Origin: Bdellovibrionales bacterium RIFOXYD12_FULL_39_22
GTDB taxonomy: Bacteria > Bdellovibrionota > Bacteriovoracia > Bacteriovoracales > Bacteriovoracaceae
Assembly: GCA_001770205.1 (NCBI GenBank)
Contig: MEQL01000015.1
Coordinates: 1 to 52,064 of the forward strand
DNA: 52,064 nucleotides
Direction: 5' to 3'
Shown piece by piece: positions 1 to 9,385 of this stretch. Positions within the stretch are counted from its first letter, which is position 1. Every line of letters starts with the position of its first letter. The notes below the pieces were generated by a model. That model ran no database searches, was not told where the DNA came from, and saw only the letters and a list, made by a program, of their open reading frames with translations. Position numbers and translations under genes: made by a program.

Positions 1-53
1 AGCGGCGAAGTTAGTGCCAGGGTAACTTGGTGTGAGAATAGCACGATGCACCT
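1..53 (+). rRNA. rrf: 5S rRNA, 3' portion (gene begins before the window)
   Basis: AGCGGCGAAGTTAGT-GCCAGG-GTAA-CTTGGT-GTGAGAATAGCACG matches the loop E/helix IV layout of bacterial 5S rRNA (AGCGCCGATGGTAGT-hairpin-GCGAGAGTAGG); a strong terminator follows directly. Confidence 0.75.
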
Positions 54-55
54 TC

Positions 56-91
56 AAAAAAAGGCCATATGAAAATATGGCCTTTTTTTTT
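56..91 (+). terminator. Rho-independent terminator of the rRNA operon
   Basis: AAAAAAAGGCCATAT-GAAA-ATATGGCC-T9: perfect stem, GAAA loop, U tract. Confidence 0.9.
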
Positions 92-270
92 GCTGAAATT
101 CTTCGTAAGCACATAAGTACAAAACGTAATTAGGCCATCGATAGTTTGCTGTCAAAAATACAGCTTTAACGTTCTAGTTTTAATGTTTATAATAAATTAG
201 CATAATTAATTTGCAAAATTGGCCAGTAGAATTAATCGTATCGTATTTCAAATTACGGAGTTTTATAGAT

Positions 271-1665
271 ATGAGATTGCACGGGAAAATAGGCACTAGA
301 GTTTTGAAAAAATTTGAAGGTTTTTCTTTTGTTGAAATCATGGTTGCCGTCGGACTTACTGGAATGATCTCATTAGGAACAGTTAAAATTATTGACATGA
401 TGAACAGAGGGCAAAAGAATTTAACTCAGCATGTGACAACAAATAGGCTTGATTTTGAAATTATGATGACATTGATGGATAAATCAGGCTGTGAATTGAC
501 AATGAATGGAATAACGCCACCCACGGTAACTGGCGACTCGTTAACCCTTGCCGATCACGGAATAATTGCTCGTGGTGATAGATTAATTACAACTACAGAT
601 TCTGCATTGCCACAAAATGTTCATGATTTTGCACAAGGTGGGATAATGATTCACGAGAGTACCTCTATCCTCAAGGACAGGGATTCAGACTCGTTAGCGC
701 CGGGAGATGGAATTCCAAATCACTACATGTTGAATTTGATGTTTAGAAAAAGGGCCTCGTCAGTTGGCGCAGACTCGATCCCTGTAAAAATCCCGCTATG
801 GGTAATTCAGGATAATGGTGTAGATGGAACAATAACTACATGTTTTACACAGGAAGATGCCTATGTACAGGCGGCATGCGCTTCGCTTTTGGGAACATTA
901 GAATACGGTTATTGCAAGCGATTGCAAATTTTTCAAAGTGGTGTACCTGTTCCGGCAATACCACCTGCTGACGATAATTATTCTATGAGCTTGTTTGGAA
1001 ATTTTTTTGTTAATGGAGAAGGTTCTGGGGCGGGCATAATTTTTCAGGATACTTTGGATGATACTGAGATTGATATAAGAGGTGGGGATTTTTCCGATAA
1101 TAAAATTGCAATGGCCTCAGATCGTATCGCAGGGCAGTTAGTACTTAATGCCGACAATAGTTTTGATTCCACAAAGGGTTATGCAAAATTATTCCTTCTC
1201 GGGAATGAAAGTGTTGAGCTTAGAGCACCTATTTATCATTTTAAATCATTAGATGGGGGGAATACATTTTTAACTGTTACTGATGGCCCTGCCGTTTTTA
1301 ACTATGGACTTACAATAGCTGCTGGTCAATCTATTGGTTTTGCCTCCGATAAATCACAAAAAAAAGAAATTAGTCCTTTGGTCAAAGTTTTAGAAAAAAT
1401 TGAAAAAATTAGCGGGGTAAGTTTTCGCTGGAAAGACTCAAATCAAAAGGATATTGGGGTGATTGCACAAGATATTGAAAAAGTATTTCCTGAATTAGTT
1501 GCCACAAATGGTGAAGATGGAAAACTTATGGTAAAATATCCTCAGCTATCTGCAGTCTCTATTCAGGCCATAAAAGAGCTTCATAAAGAAAATAGATATC
1601 TTCTACAAGAAGTTCAAAGCTTAAAAAAATATCTTTGTGATCGAGATGGGAAGTTTTGCAAGTAG
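271..1665 (+). CDS. Type IV prepilin-like N-terminus fused to a fibre body and a C-terminal peptidase S74 intramolecular chaperone domain
   Basis: KKFEG|FSFVEIMVAVGL class III signal with E5; C-terminal SDKSQKKEI...GVSFRWK...IGVIAQDIEKVFPELV...AIKEL plus coiled coil; ATG 271 has GGAG upstream (ORF track starts at TTG 211). Confidence 0.85.
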   Translation: MRLHGKIGTRVLKKFEGFSFVEIMVAVGLTGMISLGTVKIIDMMNRGQKNLTQHVTTNRLDFEIMMTLMDKSGCELTMNGITPPTVTGDSLTLADHGIIARGDRLITTTDSALPQNVHDFAQGGIMIHESTSILKDRDSDSLAPGDGIPNHYMLNLMFRKRASSVGADSIPVKIPLWVIQDNGVDGTITTCFTQEDAYVQAACASLLGTLEYGYCKRLQIFQSGVPVPAIPPADDNYSMSLFGNFFVNGEGSGAGIIFQDTLDDTEIDIRGGDFSDNKIAMASDRIAGQLVLNADNSFDSTKGYAKLFLLGNESVELRAPIYHFKSLDGGNTFLTVTDGPAVFNYGLTIAAGQSIGFASDKSQKKEISPLVKVLEKIEKISGVSFRWKDSNQKDIGVIAQDIEKVFPELVATNGEDGKLMVKYPQLSAVSIQAIKELHKENRYLLQEVQSLKKYLCDRDGKFCK

Positions 1666-1671
1666 AGTTTG

Positions 1672-2055
1672 TTAAGTGAATAGATTCCAGCCAATGTCTG
1701 GCCCCAAATATTGAAGAGTAAAATGTTTGGTTTCATCGAGGTTGATCTCTTTTTCAACGATAATGTCGCGAACAGTTCCCATAACTTTTTGACCATTTGA
1801 TAAGATGATGGGGCCATTTCGCCATTTTGTCTTTAGCACATAAAAATGAATTACGGTGGTGATTGCTTCTGGATTAGCAGGCAAAATTATCTTTGCATCA
1901 CCTACAAGGGTATGAGTGGCCGTTTCATTATCTGTAATTTTAATCTCTTTTTTTGCAAATAAATATAACGGGGCATCTTTAATCTTTTGCCCGATAGTCG
2001 CTTTGCCTGCAATTGCGGCCGCAAAAAGAGTCGTCAAAAAACTTCTTCGCTCCAT
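1672..2055 (-). CDS. Tat-signal protein carrying one phage tail-fibre-type repeat
   Basis: MERRSFLTTLFAAA twin-arginine-type signal; IILPANP...ILSNGQKVMG...FTLQYLGPDIGW resembles the LPxxP...NGxxIxG...LxY...GW repeat of T4-like long tail fibres. Confidence 0.6.
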   Translation of the reverse strand: MERRSFLTTLFAAAIAGKATIGQKIKDAPLYLFAKKEIKITDNETATHTLVGDAKIILPANPEAITTVIHFYVLKTKWRNGPIILSNGQKVMGTVRDIIVEKEINLDETKHFTLQYLGPDIGWNLFT

Positions 2056-2145
2056 AAAGTTCCCGTTGAAATTAAATCGGATATCAATTACCCTACTAGA
2101 GTATTTGTTTGGTTTTTATCTGTCAAAATTTACCTGGAGCTATTT

Positions 2146-2703
2146 ATGGCGTACTACTTAACAACGGCAAATATCCATGTTCCTCCAGCGACTTCAACAG
2201 TGGCCACAGCTGGAACAGGAAATGGTTTAGCGGTAACGGATGGAACTAATGTACCCGCGGGTAATTTTTCAGCAAACAAGGTTTTCAATGCTGTTTGGAA
2301 TGATGTTGCAGATTTTCAATTGTTGAATGACAAATTTATTCCAGGAAAGTGCTATGTCGATCACATAGAAGGTGCACGAATTGCATCACAGCGCTGTCAA
2401 ATGGGGGTAATTGGAATTGCCTCGGATACCTTTGGATATGGTGTCGGTTCAGGGGCAAATGAGAGTGAAGTTCCTATTGCGATTGCCGGTTGGGTTCTTG
2501 CTTTTGTAGATCAAGAATACCCATGTGGAACACCACTGACATGTAATGAGAACGGAGAATTGACAGAGATGTCGTTGGAAGAGAAAAGGGATTATCCAGA
2601 AAGAATAGTCGGTATATATAAAAAACCAGAACGCAATAAAGAGTTTGGGCCAAATAAGAATAAAATCCTGGTAAATGGGCGACACTGGGTTAAGGTCAAA
2701 TAA
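2146..2703 (+). CDS. Short Thr/Ala/Gly-rich segment fused to a peptidase G2-like autoproteolytic chaperone domain (185 aa)
   Basis: GGAG then ATG 2146; ANKVFNAVWNDVADF...GVIGIASDTFGYGVG...VPIAIAGWVLAFV resembles phage tail-spike C-terminal NAVWNDYAE domains. Confidence 0.65.
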   Translation: MAYYLTTANIHVPPATSTVATAGTGNGLAVTDGTNVPAGNFSANKVFNAVWNDVADFQLLNDKFIPGKCYVDHIEGARIASQRCQMGVIGIASDTFGYGVGSGANESEVPIAIAGWVLAFVDQEYPCGTPLTCNENGELTEMSLEEKRDYPERIVGIYKKPERNKEFGPNKNKILVNGRHWVKVK

Positions 2704-3345
2704 TTAGTCTCTTTTAAAAATCAGTCGGGCCACTTCACAATAGTTAAATCCAAATATTTTGCCATCAGATTCGTTGGTAATTTTTATTCCAGATAAACTA
2801 CATGGATGCGTGTCATCTTCTTTTATCTCACCTATATATCTTCGACACAGCTTCACTTTTGTTTCAATATACTTAGAAATATCAAATCCAACATTGAAAT
2901 GATGTTCGATAAATGACCAATCGGAACTACCTGGTATTTTATATTGATAAAACTCTCGAACAGAACACTTTCTAATTGGGCGACAGGTTAAACGGAGACT
3001 TTCGCCAACCACCTGATGATCTCGATGCAAATCACTTTCGCAGGGGCCAAATACAACATCAGGCATATATGTATTAACTTCTTCTTGAAGAATTGAGACA
3101 ACTTCTCGGAAATTGTTATGAAGTGTTAAGTCTGGAATCTCAAAAATTTGATGTGGAATTTTAAGTTCCAACATATTTTCGACAAAAGCTTTTTTTCTAT
3201 GCGTTGAATCTTCTGCGCTCCTTCCGTTACACAACACAATCGCCCTTATCGTGTTCACAGTAGAATATCTGGCCAAAGATCCTCCCAACCCAAACTCAAT
3301 ATCATCTAAATGTGCACCAACCATTAAAATTTTTCTATTTTCCAT
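2704..3345 (-). CDS. PIG-L/LmbE family de-N-acetylase
   Basis: GAHLDDIE and DLHRDHQ zinc-binding motifs. Confidence 0.9.
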   Translation of the reverse strand: MENRKILMVGAHLDDIEFGLGGSLARYSTVNTIRAIVLCNGRSAEDSTHRKKAFVENMLELKIPHQIFEIPDLTLHNNFREVVSILQEEVNTYMPDVVFGPCESDLHRDHQVVGESLRLTCRPIRKCSVREFYQYKIPGSSDWSFIEHHFNVGFDISKYIETKVKLCRRYIGEIKEDDTHPCSLSGIKITNESDGKIFGFNYCEVARLIFKRD

Positions 3346-3809
3346 TCAACATTATCCCACCCAAGCCTAATAAATCTCACTCCTTTTTTCTGTATTCCTT
3401 CCAAGACATTTTTTATAAAAGTCTTTCTATCGAAAGGAGAATACATTGGAATGCCTAAGGCCTTGCATAATTGCTCATCATCATCGATTAGATGCCCTCT
3501 TCCGGCCACACTATAACACCCATTGTGGCCAGCGTTAACAAAAATAATAGATCCAAAATTTTCAGCAAATCCCTTAATATTGAATTTAATCTGTTCATAC
3601 GCCTTATATATAACAAATCCGGCCACACCATAAATGATTACTTTCTTTCCTTGGGATGCTAGTCCTGCTGCGATATTGACCATGTTAGATTCCTGAACGC
3701 CGCAGTTTATTAAATTACACTTCGTTTCAAATCCCCACATATCACAGTGAAGAAGATAAATGTCATCACACTTCTGACGACTTAAGAAATAGTGCAAGGT
3801 CTTTCTCAT
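3324..3809 (-). CDS. Transketolase-like pyrimidine-binding subunit (short)
   Basis: INCGVQESNMVNIAAGLASQGKK, KAYEQIK motifs; lacks the C-terminal domain. Confidence 0.85.
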   Translation of the reverse strand: MRKTLHYFLSRQKCDDIYLLHCDMWGFETKCNLINCGVQESNMVNIAAGLASQGKKVIIYGVAGFVIYKAYEQIKFNIKGFAENFGSIIFVNAGHNGCYSVAGRGHLIDDDEQLCKALGIPMYSPFDRKTFIKNVLEGIQKKGVRFIRLGWDNVEWKIEKF

Positions 3810-4485
3810 TCAATTTCCTATAATGCCATTTTTTTGGATTTAACTCCATTTCAGGAACACCAAATCCCTTTATTGTTTTAAAAAAAACCGCTGTGGGGCG
3901 ACATCTTTTTAATTTATTCATTACTGTTATGATTTGCTTATGATCATATCCATCAACAAAATGGAAATCCCAGCTATAATTGATAAGTAATTGCGTTACT
4001 GGCCCGACGTCTAGTATTTCACTGGTTTTTCCAGTTACCTGAGAGTTGTTATAATCGACTGTAAGAAAAATATTTTTTAACTGGTGATGACCAATAAACC
4101 CGATGGCCTCCAACGTATTACCCATTTGTAAAGAGGCATCAGATATGTTTACCCAGACATTTTTGGTAGTTGTTAAAGCAATTCCACTTGCAACTCCCAG
4201 AGCATTTCCCATTGTCTCTTCGCTGAAAGCGACAAACGGAACTTCATCATGCTTCACGCCACTAGATAATTTCTCAATGTTGGCAATAAGCTTTAGTCTT
4301 TCCCAAACTAAGTAATAGGCCTGCGCCCCAAATGGTTTTCCAATACAAATAATGTCATCTAATGTAATAAACTTATCTGTAAAAAGGATATCAATGTAGG
4401 ACAGCATAGATAATGCCGATGGTATGTGAGACAGTCCATTTTTATAAGAGTAGCAGAGTAGTTGTTTTATGAGGTCTCTGTTCAT
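3766..4485 (-). CDS. Transketolase-like thiamine-diphosphate-binding subunit
   Basis: SHIPSALS, MGNALGVASGIA, divergent ThDP motif SDASLQMG...DYNN, TIKGFGV...KWH. Confidence 0.85.
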   Translation of the reverse strand: MNRDLIKQLLCYSYKNGLSHIPSALSMLSYIDILFTDKFITLDDIICIGKPFGAQAYYLVWERLKLIANIEKLSSGVKHDEVPFVAFSEETMGNALGVASGIALTTTKNVWVNISDASLQMGNTLEAIGFIGHHQLKNIFLTVDYNNSQVTGKTSEILDVGPVTQLLINYSWDFHFVDGYDHKQIITVMNKLKRCRPTAVFFKTIKGFGVPEMELNPKKWHYRKLNEKDLALFLKSSEV

Positions 4486-4630
4486 TAGTGCGTTTCTTGT
4501 ATTTTATTGCAAATGAAAATTTATTCCTCAAGCTGGATAAGTGATTATTAATTACACTACATGAAATTTTGACAAAACAACAGCTGGCAGATACACTTTT
4601 TTTGTATGGGCCAAATATCAGAGGTGCTCC

Positions 4631-5398
4631 ATGGAACATAACAATCTATTAGATGAACTGAAGAAAATCTACAAAATGCACTCGTATCAATGGTCAGATA
4701 AAATCGACCTCGAACATTTAACCGGATGCTACTTCCACCATCCGGTTAACGGTATAAATATATTCGTACGTAGTTTGCATCGAAGAGATTTTTTTTCGGA
4801 GGATGAAATCGATATTCTTGATGCGCTAAGACGTTATCCAGTTGGCCCTAGTCAGAAAACAATTGTTGATTTGTATCTGTCAAAATATATTGAGCGGCCA
4901 GAATTGCTTGATAAAGAGATGGATTTTTTTTTACATAAATATAAAAAATATTTCCCCAAGTTATATATCCACAAGGAATTTATAATCGTTGAAGATTACC
5001 GCTTAAAAAGCAGTGACTGGATAACTTTTACTCCAGAGATGGCCAAAAAACATTCTTCGCAATACTTTGATTTTTTAAATAACTATTACAGCGATACAAA
5101 GCAAGACTCTCATGTTCTTCGGATACATAGTATTTACTTTTCAAATTTATTATTTAATAAAAAAACCAAAAGGTTTGTTTTTACAAACCTTGGCTATTTT
5201 GAACCAGGGCCATTCACTTATCCCTACCTATTAATTGATGATAGAGATATTCATAATATTCGATATTACAATTTTGCGCCAGGAGTAGAGTATCCCTTTA
5301 AACCGTATGATGCCTGCAATTTAAGGTTAAAATTTCAATTGATGCGGAAAAAGATTAATTTAGTACAAGAGGCCATCGGTAAACATTTGCCCGAATGA
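4631..5398 (+). CDS. Hypothetical protein, possible degenerate kinase-like fold
   Basis: FPKLY...IIVEDY and IHSIYFSNLLF...FVFTNLG follow kinase subdomain spacing but lack both catalytic Asp residues. Confidence 0.45.
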   Translation: MEHNNLLDELKKIYKMHSYQWSDKIDLEHLTGCYFHHPVNGINIFVRSLHRRDFFSEDEIDILDALRRYPVGPSQKTIVDLYLSKYIERPELLDKEMDFFLHKYKKYFPKLYIHKEFIIVEDYRLKSSDWITFTPEMAKKHSSQYFDFLNNYYSDTKQDSHVLRIHSIYFSNLLFNKKTKRFVFTNLGYFEPGPFTYPYLLIDDRDIHNIRYYNFAPGVEYPFKPYDACNLRLKFQLMRKKINLVQEAIGKHLPE

Positions 5399-5435
5399 TT
5401 GAGAACTTACTGAATTTAAAATTTGAATACTTTTT

Positions 5436-6044
5436 ATGCAAGATAAAGTTAAATTAAGTATTTTAATATTAACACATAATAGGCCTATATTGTTTCAAAG
5501 GTGTATTGGTTCGGCACTAGAAAACAGGCCAAGTGGTGTAGAAATTATTGTCAATAATGATTCACAAGACATTAAAGAAATTCCAGGCGCTAAATATTTC
5601 TATGAAAAACACGATGACTTATCTCTGGTTTATAAGTTTTTATTTGATAATGCAAAAGGTGAATTTGTATATTTTCTCGAAGATGACGACTATCTCATGA
5701 AGAACTTCTATAAGGTAGTTATGGGTATTAAGCAAAACACTATCTTTCGATATTTTCCTGAAAAAAACATTAAGCTGTACTACGAGTACTTCAAAGATGA
5801 AGGAAAGTTTAAAACTGAATTTCAGCTGGGCCAAATTATATTTAAAAAAGAAACGGTAAAGAATTTTCCAATAGGAAATAGATTAGATAATGATTTTTTG
5901 CTTTATCTTGAAGCGAATGCAAATGAAAAATTTATAAAAAACGAAGCCTGTCTTTACGTTCAAACTCTCGATGGCAAAGATAATATTAGTTATCCATTGT
6001 TAAACAGAGATGTTCGATTTGTTGGAGATGGATGTGGAATATAA
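5436..6044 (+). CDS. Glycosyltransferase family 2
   Basis: LSILILTHNRP, EIIVNNDS, AKGEFVYFLEDDDY (DxD). Confidence 0.9.
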   Translation: MQDKVKLSILILTHNRPILFQRCIGSALENRPSGVEIIVNNDSQDIKEIPGAKYFYEKHDDLSLVYKFLFDNAKGEFVYFLEDDDYLMKNFYKVVMGIKQNTIFRYFPEKNIKLYYEYFKDEGKFKTEFQLGQIIFKKETVKNFPIGNRLDNDFLLYLEANANEKFIKNEACLYVQTLDGKDNISYPLLNRDVRFVGDGCGI

Positions 6045-6972
6045 TAGGCAATATGATAAATCACACAAAATACAAAGGCTCTATGTTCACTGGGATGTAA
6101 GTACTCAATGTAACTTTAACTGCTCATACTGTTATTCGCTTGCAGATTATTATTCTGAGTGGAACAGAATTGATTCTTGGGCCAGGCAGAAGTTAGTTAT
6201 CAGAAATATTTCAAAATCGCACCTGCCTGTTTTTTTAGGCCTTCTTGGTGGAGAGCCAACAATTCATCCTAACTACGAGGAGCTGGTTCGATTATGCCAT
6301 GAAGCTATTTCGACTCAAAAAGATGGAAGGTTATATATTACGACCAACGGTTCTCGGCCAACGAATTGGTTTGAAAGGCACAGATTCTATGAGAATACGT
6401 ATTTTTTATGGAGTGCACATTTTGAATATGAAAAATATTATGGTTTAAACTTCGAGTTAATGATCAACAATATTAAAATTATGAAGGAAAAAGGATTTCG
6501 AAATAAGGTTAATGTCATGCTTATTCCAGATAAGCAGCAATGGCCCAAAATTCATAAATTAGTCGATGAATTGGAAAAACTGGGGGTTGAGATTCATCCA
6601 CATTTTCTCTATGAGAAAGGTAATGTACACAGATTGCATGAATATTCCGATGAGTTTTATGATGAATTTGCAAGGTTTCAAAATTATCCGGGGCAATTTA
6701 TTTTTGAGGGGCCAACTGATAACCATGCCTACAACGACTATGACATATTTCATAATAAGCATACTTGTTTTACTGGATGGGATTGTTGGAATAATAATTA
6801 TGAAATTAACTATAAAGGCAAGGTGACTCGTTTTTGTTTTAAAGAAAATAGTGATTTAATAACTAATTTTAATTTTTTTAAGAATATTAAAGAAGTGCTT
6901 CCCTTGCAATGCCCCCACGAGACATGCAACTGTGATGGATTGCTGAAAATATATAAGGAAAAAATTGTTTAA
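6010..6972 (+). CDS. Radical SAM protein with C-terminal Cys motif
   Basis: CNFNCSYC, LLGGEPT, TTNGS, terminal CPHETCNC; true start may be GTG 6034 (GGAG 6 nt upstream). Confidence 0.92.
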   Translation: MFDLLEMDVEYNRQYDKSHKIQRLYVHWDVSTQCNFNCSYCYSLADYYSEWNRIDSWARQKLVIRNISKSHLPVFLGLLGGEPTIHPNYEELVRLCHEAISTQKDGRLYITTNGSRPTNWFERHRFYENTYFLWSAHFEYEKYYGLNFELMINNIKIMKEKGFRNKVNVMLIPDKQQWPKIHKLVDELEKLGVEIHPHFLYEKGNVHRLHEYSDEFYDEFARFQNYPGQFIFEGPTDNHAYNDYDIFHNKHTCFTGWDCWNNNYEINYKGKVTRFCFKENSDLITNFNFFKNIKEVLPLQCPHETCNCDGLLKIYKEKIV

Positions 6973-7858
6973 CTTTGACTCTAACACTCAATTTGATTCA
7001 GTCGGTAAAGATTACCCAATGGCCGAGTTTAGTTGGGCGATAACGAATTCATGTAACTATAATTGCAGTTATTGTTACGCAAAAAAATCAATGGAGAATT
7101 CCAAGGATGGGGATACAAGTTATAAATTTATACTTCAGAGATTGAAAATGTGTCAGGTGGTTTTTGATATAGCGCTGGTTGGAGGTGAGCCCACTAGACA
7201 TCCTAAGTTACAATTTATTATAGATGAGCTGGATAAAATAGAAAATTGCAGAGTACTAGAAATCTATTCTAACTTTACAAGGCCTGTCGATTATTATTTT
7301 AAATGGAGAAACATAAAAAAGTTGAATTTGAAAATGTCATATCACTCAGAATATCATGACAATTTTATAGGTAAGCTAAAAAAAGCAATTGAAGAAAAAA
7401 AGACCAATTTTTTGGTGCTTATAAATTTAAGTCCTAATGATAAATATTGGAACAACACGGAAGAGATTTTGAAGCTATGTAAGAATAATGGCATTGAATA
7501 TGAGATTAATTATTTATTAAGTACAGAAACTGTGCAAATAAACTATACAGAAAAGTTTTATGAATTTTTTGATGATTATATAACTGATAATATGAACGCA
7601 GAAGTTGAGCATATCATTGGCAATAAAATATACTCCATTCCAGAATCAAAAATCTTTAAATTAGGTCTATCATATCGAGGAATGAGTTGTATCCCCAGAA
7701 TGTATAGAATAGAAAGTAGCGGGGATATTATCAATAGCTGTAGCGGTAAAAGGCCAAGGTTAGTTATAAGAGAAGAAGAACTTGCTCAGAGCTACATTTG
7801 TCAGTACCAGTCTTGTGGTTGTAGCGCAATGCTGCTATTTAATAAGGTAAGAAAATAA
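6965..7858 (+). CDS. Radical SAM protein with C-terminal Cys motif (paralog of 22063-22959)
   Basis: CNYNCSYC, VGGEPT, SYHSEY, terminal CQYQSCGC. Confidence 0.92.
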   Translation: MFNFDSNTQFDSVGKDYPMAEFSWAITNSCNYNCSYCYAKKSMENSKDGDTSYKFILQRLKMCQVVFDIALVGGEPTRHPKLQFIIDELDKIENCRVLEIYSNFTRPVDYYFKWRNIKKLNLKMSYHSEYHDNFIGKLKKAIEEKKTNFLVLINLSPNDKYWNNTEEILKLCKNNGIEYEINYLLSTETVQINYTEKFYEFFDDYITDNMNAEVEHIIGNKIYSIPESKIFKLGLSYRGMSCIPRMYRIESSGDIINSCSGKRPRLVIREEELAQSYICQYQSCGCSAMLLFNKVRK

Positions 7859-7876
7859 AAACAACACAAGTGATAT

Positions 7877-8698
7877 TTGGGGGCCAGAGAAGTAATGAAT
7901 TTGGTTATTGCTGGAGCGTTTAGCAAATTTAAGGAGCTATCAGTATTTTTTCTTGAAAACAAGATTTACAAAAGAAATAAAATTACTGTTTATGATGGTA
8001 TTAATGAGTGTTCATGGAATGGCGGTAGAATTAATAGAAAAGTCTACTGGAGTCAATCGCAAATAGACTTCTATTATAATAGGGATATTGGGATAGGGCT
8101 GACTTTCACCAATCATGAGATCAATATTAATGATAAAGTTGGACTTTCACTGCTGGATAAATTTCATATTTCCGGGAATAAAATTATATTAATAAATGAT
8201 CATCTTAGAGAATTTATACGAAAAAATTATCCGTATTATAGACTAACCTACAGTGTTACTGGCGTAGGCCATATTCCCATCCCCCTTAATGACGAAGCCC
8301 TGGACATATACAAAGATCTAGAGGCGAAGTACGATTTAATTGTGCCCAGAATGGAACACGTCTTTGATGTTAGATTCAAGGAGCTGGATCAGTCCAAATA
8401 CGAGATAATGCTTAATGATACGTGCATATATAATTGTCCTCACTATACTGAGCATTTTATGGCCATTGCTACACAAAACTTGCTAAGACGCAACTATAAA
8501 GGCCATGAAGAGATTGAAGAGTGTTGGATTGATGGATATGACTTCAAGAAAAGCAAAAATGGAAAACATGGAATGGATTTATGCCTGGAACAAATCAGGG
8601 TATTACAAAAACAAGGGATAAACAGTTTTAAGCTTTCTGGTAGAGAATTAAATTCAGAAGAGTTTGTTAATGAGCTGAGGTATTATGCAAGATGGTAA
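7877..8698 (+). CDS. Peptidase U32-like putative Fe-S protein
   Basis: EIMLNDTCIYNCP...H...ECW...GINSFKLSGR pattern; likely start ATG 7895. Confidence 0.6.
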   Translation: MGAREVMNLVIAGAFSKFKELSVFFLENKIYKRNKITVYDGINECSWNGGRINRKVYWSQSQIDFYYNRDIGIGLTFTNHEININDKVGLSLLDKFHISGNKIILINDHLREFIRKNYPYYRLTYSVTGVGHIPIPLNDEALDIYKDLEAKYDLIVPRMEHVFDVRFKELDQSKYEIMLNDTCIYNCPHYTEHFMAIATQNLLRRNYKGHEEIEECWIDGYDFKKSKNGKHGMDLCLEQIRVLQKQGINSFKLSGRELNSEEFVNELRYYARW

Positions 8699-8741
8699 GA
8701 AATAAATGTACGATGATGAGACATGGGTAAGAATGCTGCGT

Positions 8742-9344
8742 TTAAAAGTGAGAGTAAAATTTTGTGAGAAAATTTTCTGTTTTTCTGCGAATCTCTTCAA
8801 TTGAGTTTTCACTATTAATATGGCCAGAAAGTGTTTTGATTGGTTGAAACAAATATGATGCTCTTAGCATTTTTTCTTTTGTATTTAAGTAATTTTCAAG
8901 TAGAGAAATGAGATCCTCGTCACCTGTTTCCAGGATTTCTAAGTATTTTTCCTCGCGATTTGATTCCGTTATTACATAACCCCTATCACCTAATTCATTC
9001 ATTGAGCAAAGATGCCGATACAAAACATATCCGGTGTTTTTAGCAAGATTTAAATCAATGACATTCTGTATTTTTTTAATCGCAGATTCTTTAACTTCCT
9101 GCAATTCATTATTGCCCACGGACCTGATCTTGATTTCGTCCGGTTGCACGGAGTCATGTTTTAAAGGCCTATGGATAAAAATATGTTTATTCTTTTTTAG
9201 AGCATCCGCAATTATTTTACTTGCAGCATGTGATAGAGATAAAAATTGGCCTTTATTAAGATCGAGGTAATACCCCTTGACTGAAGCAAGTACTTTCCAA
9301 TAATCCCCCTTGTCCTCTACGAATGCCCAATTATGGTTTAACAC
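8742..9344 (-). CDS. Hypothetical protein (paralog of 14728-15360)
   Basis: 200-aa ORF; shares VEDxGxYWxVL and NELxxRGYxxTESN...EILxTxDxxLI with 14728-15360. Confidence 0.8.
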   Translation of the reverse strand: MLNHNWAFVEDKGDYWKVLASVKGYYLDLNKGQFLSLSHAASKIIADALKKNKHIFIHRPLKHDSVQPDEIKIRSVGNNELQEVKESAIKKIQNVIDLNLAKNTGYVLYRHLCSMNELGDRGYVITESNREEKYLEILETGDEDLISLLENYLNTKEKMLRASYLFQPIKTLSGHINSENSIEEIRRKTENFLTKFYSHF

Positions 9345-9385
9345 GCTTTAACCTTTTATGTTTTCTAGTTCTTTTTTTTAATTCA

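Noticed and set aside
1987..2145. N-terminal extension of ORF 1987-2703
   Set aside because: Overlaps the divergent gene 1672-2055; ATG 2146 has a clear RBS
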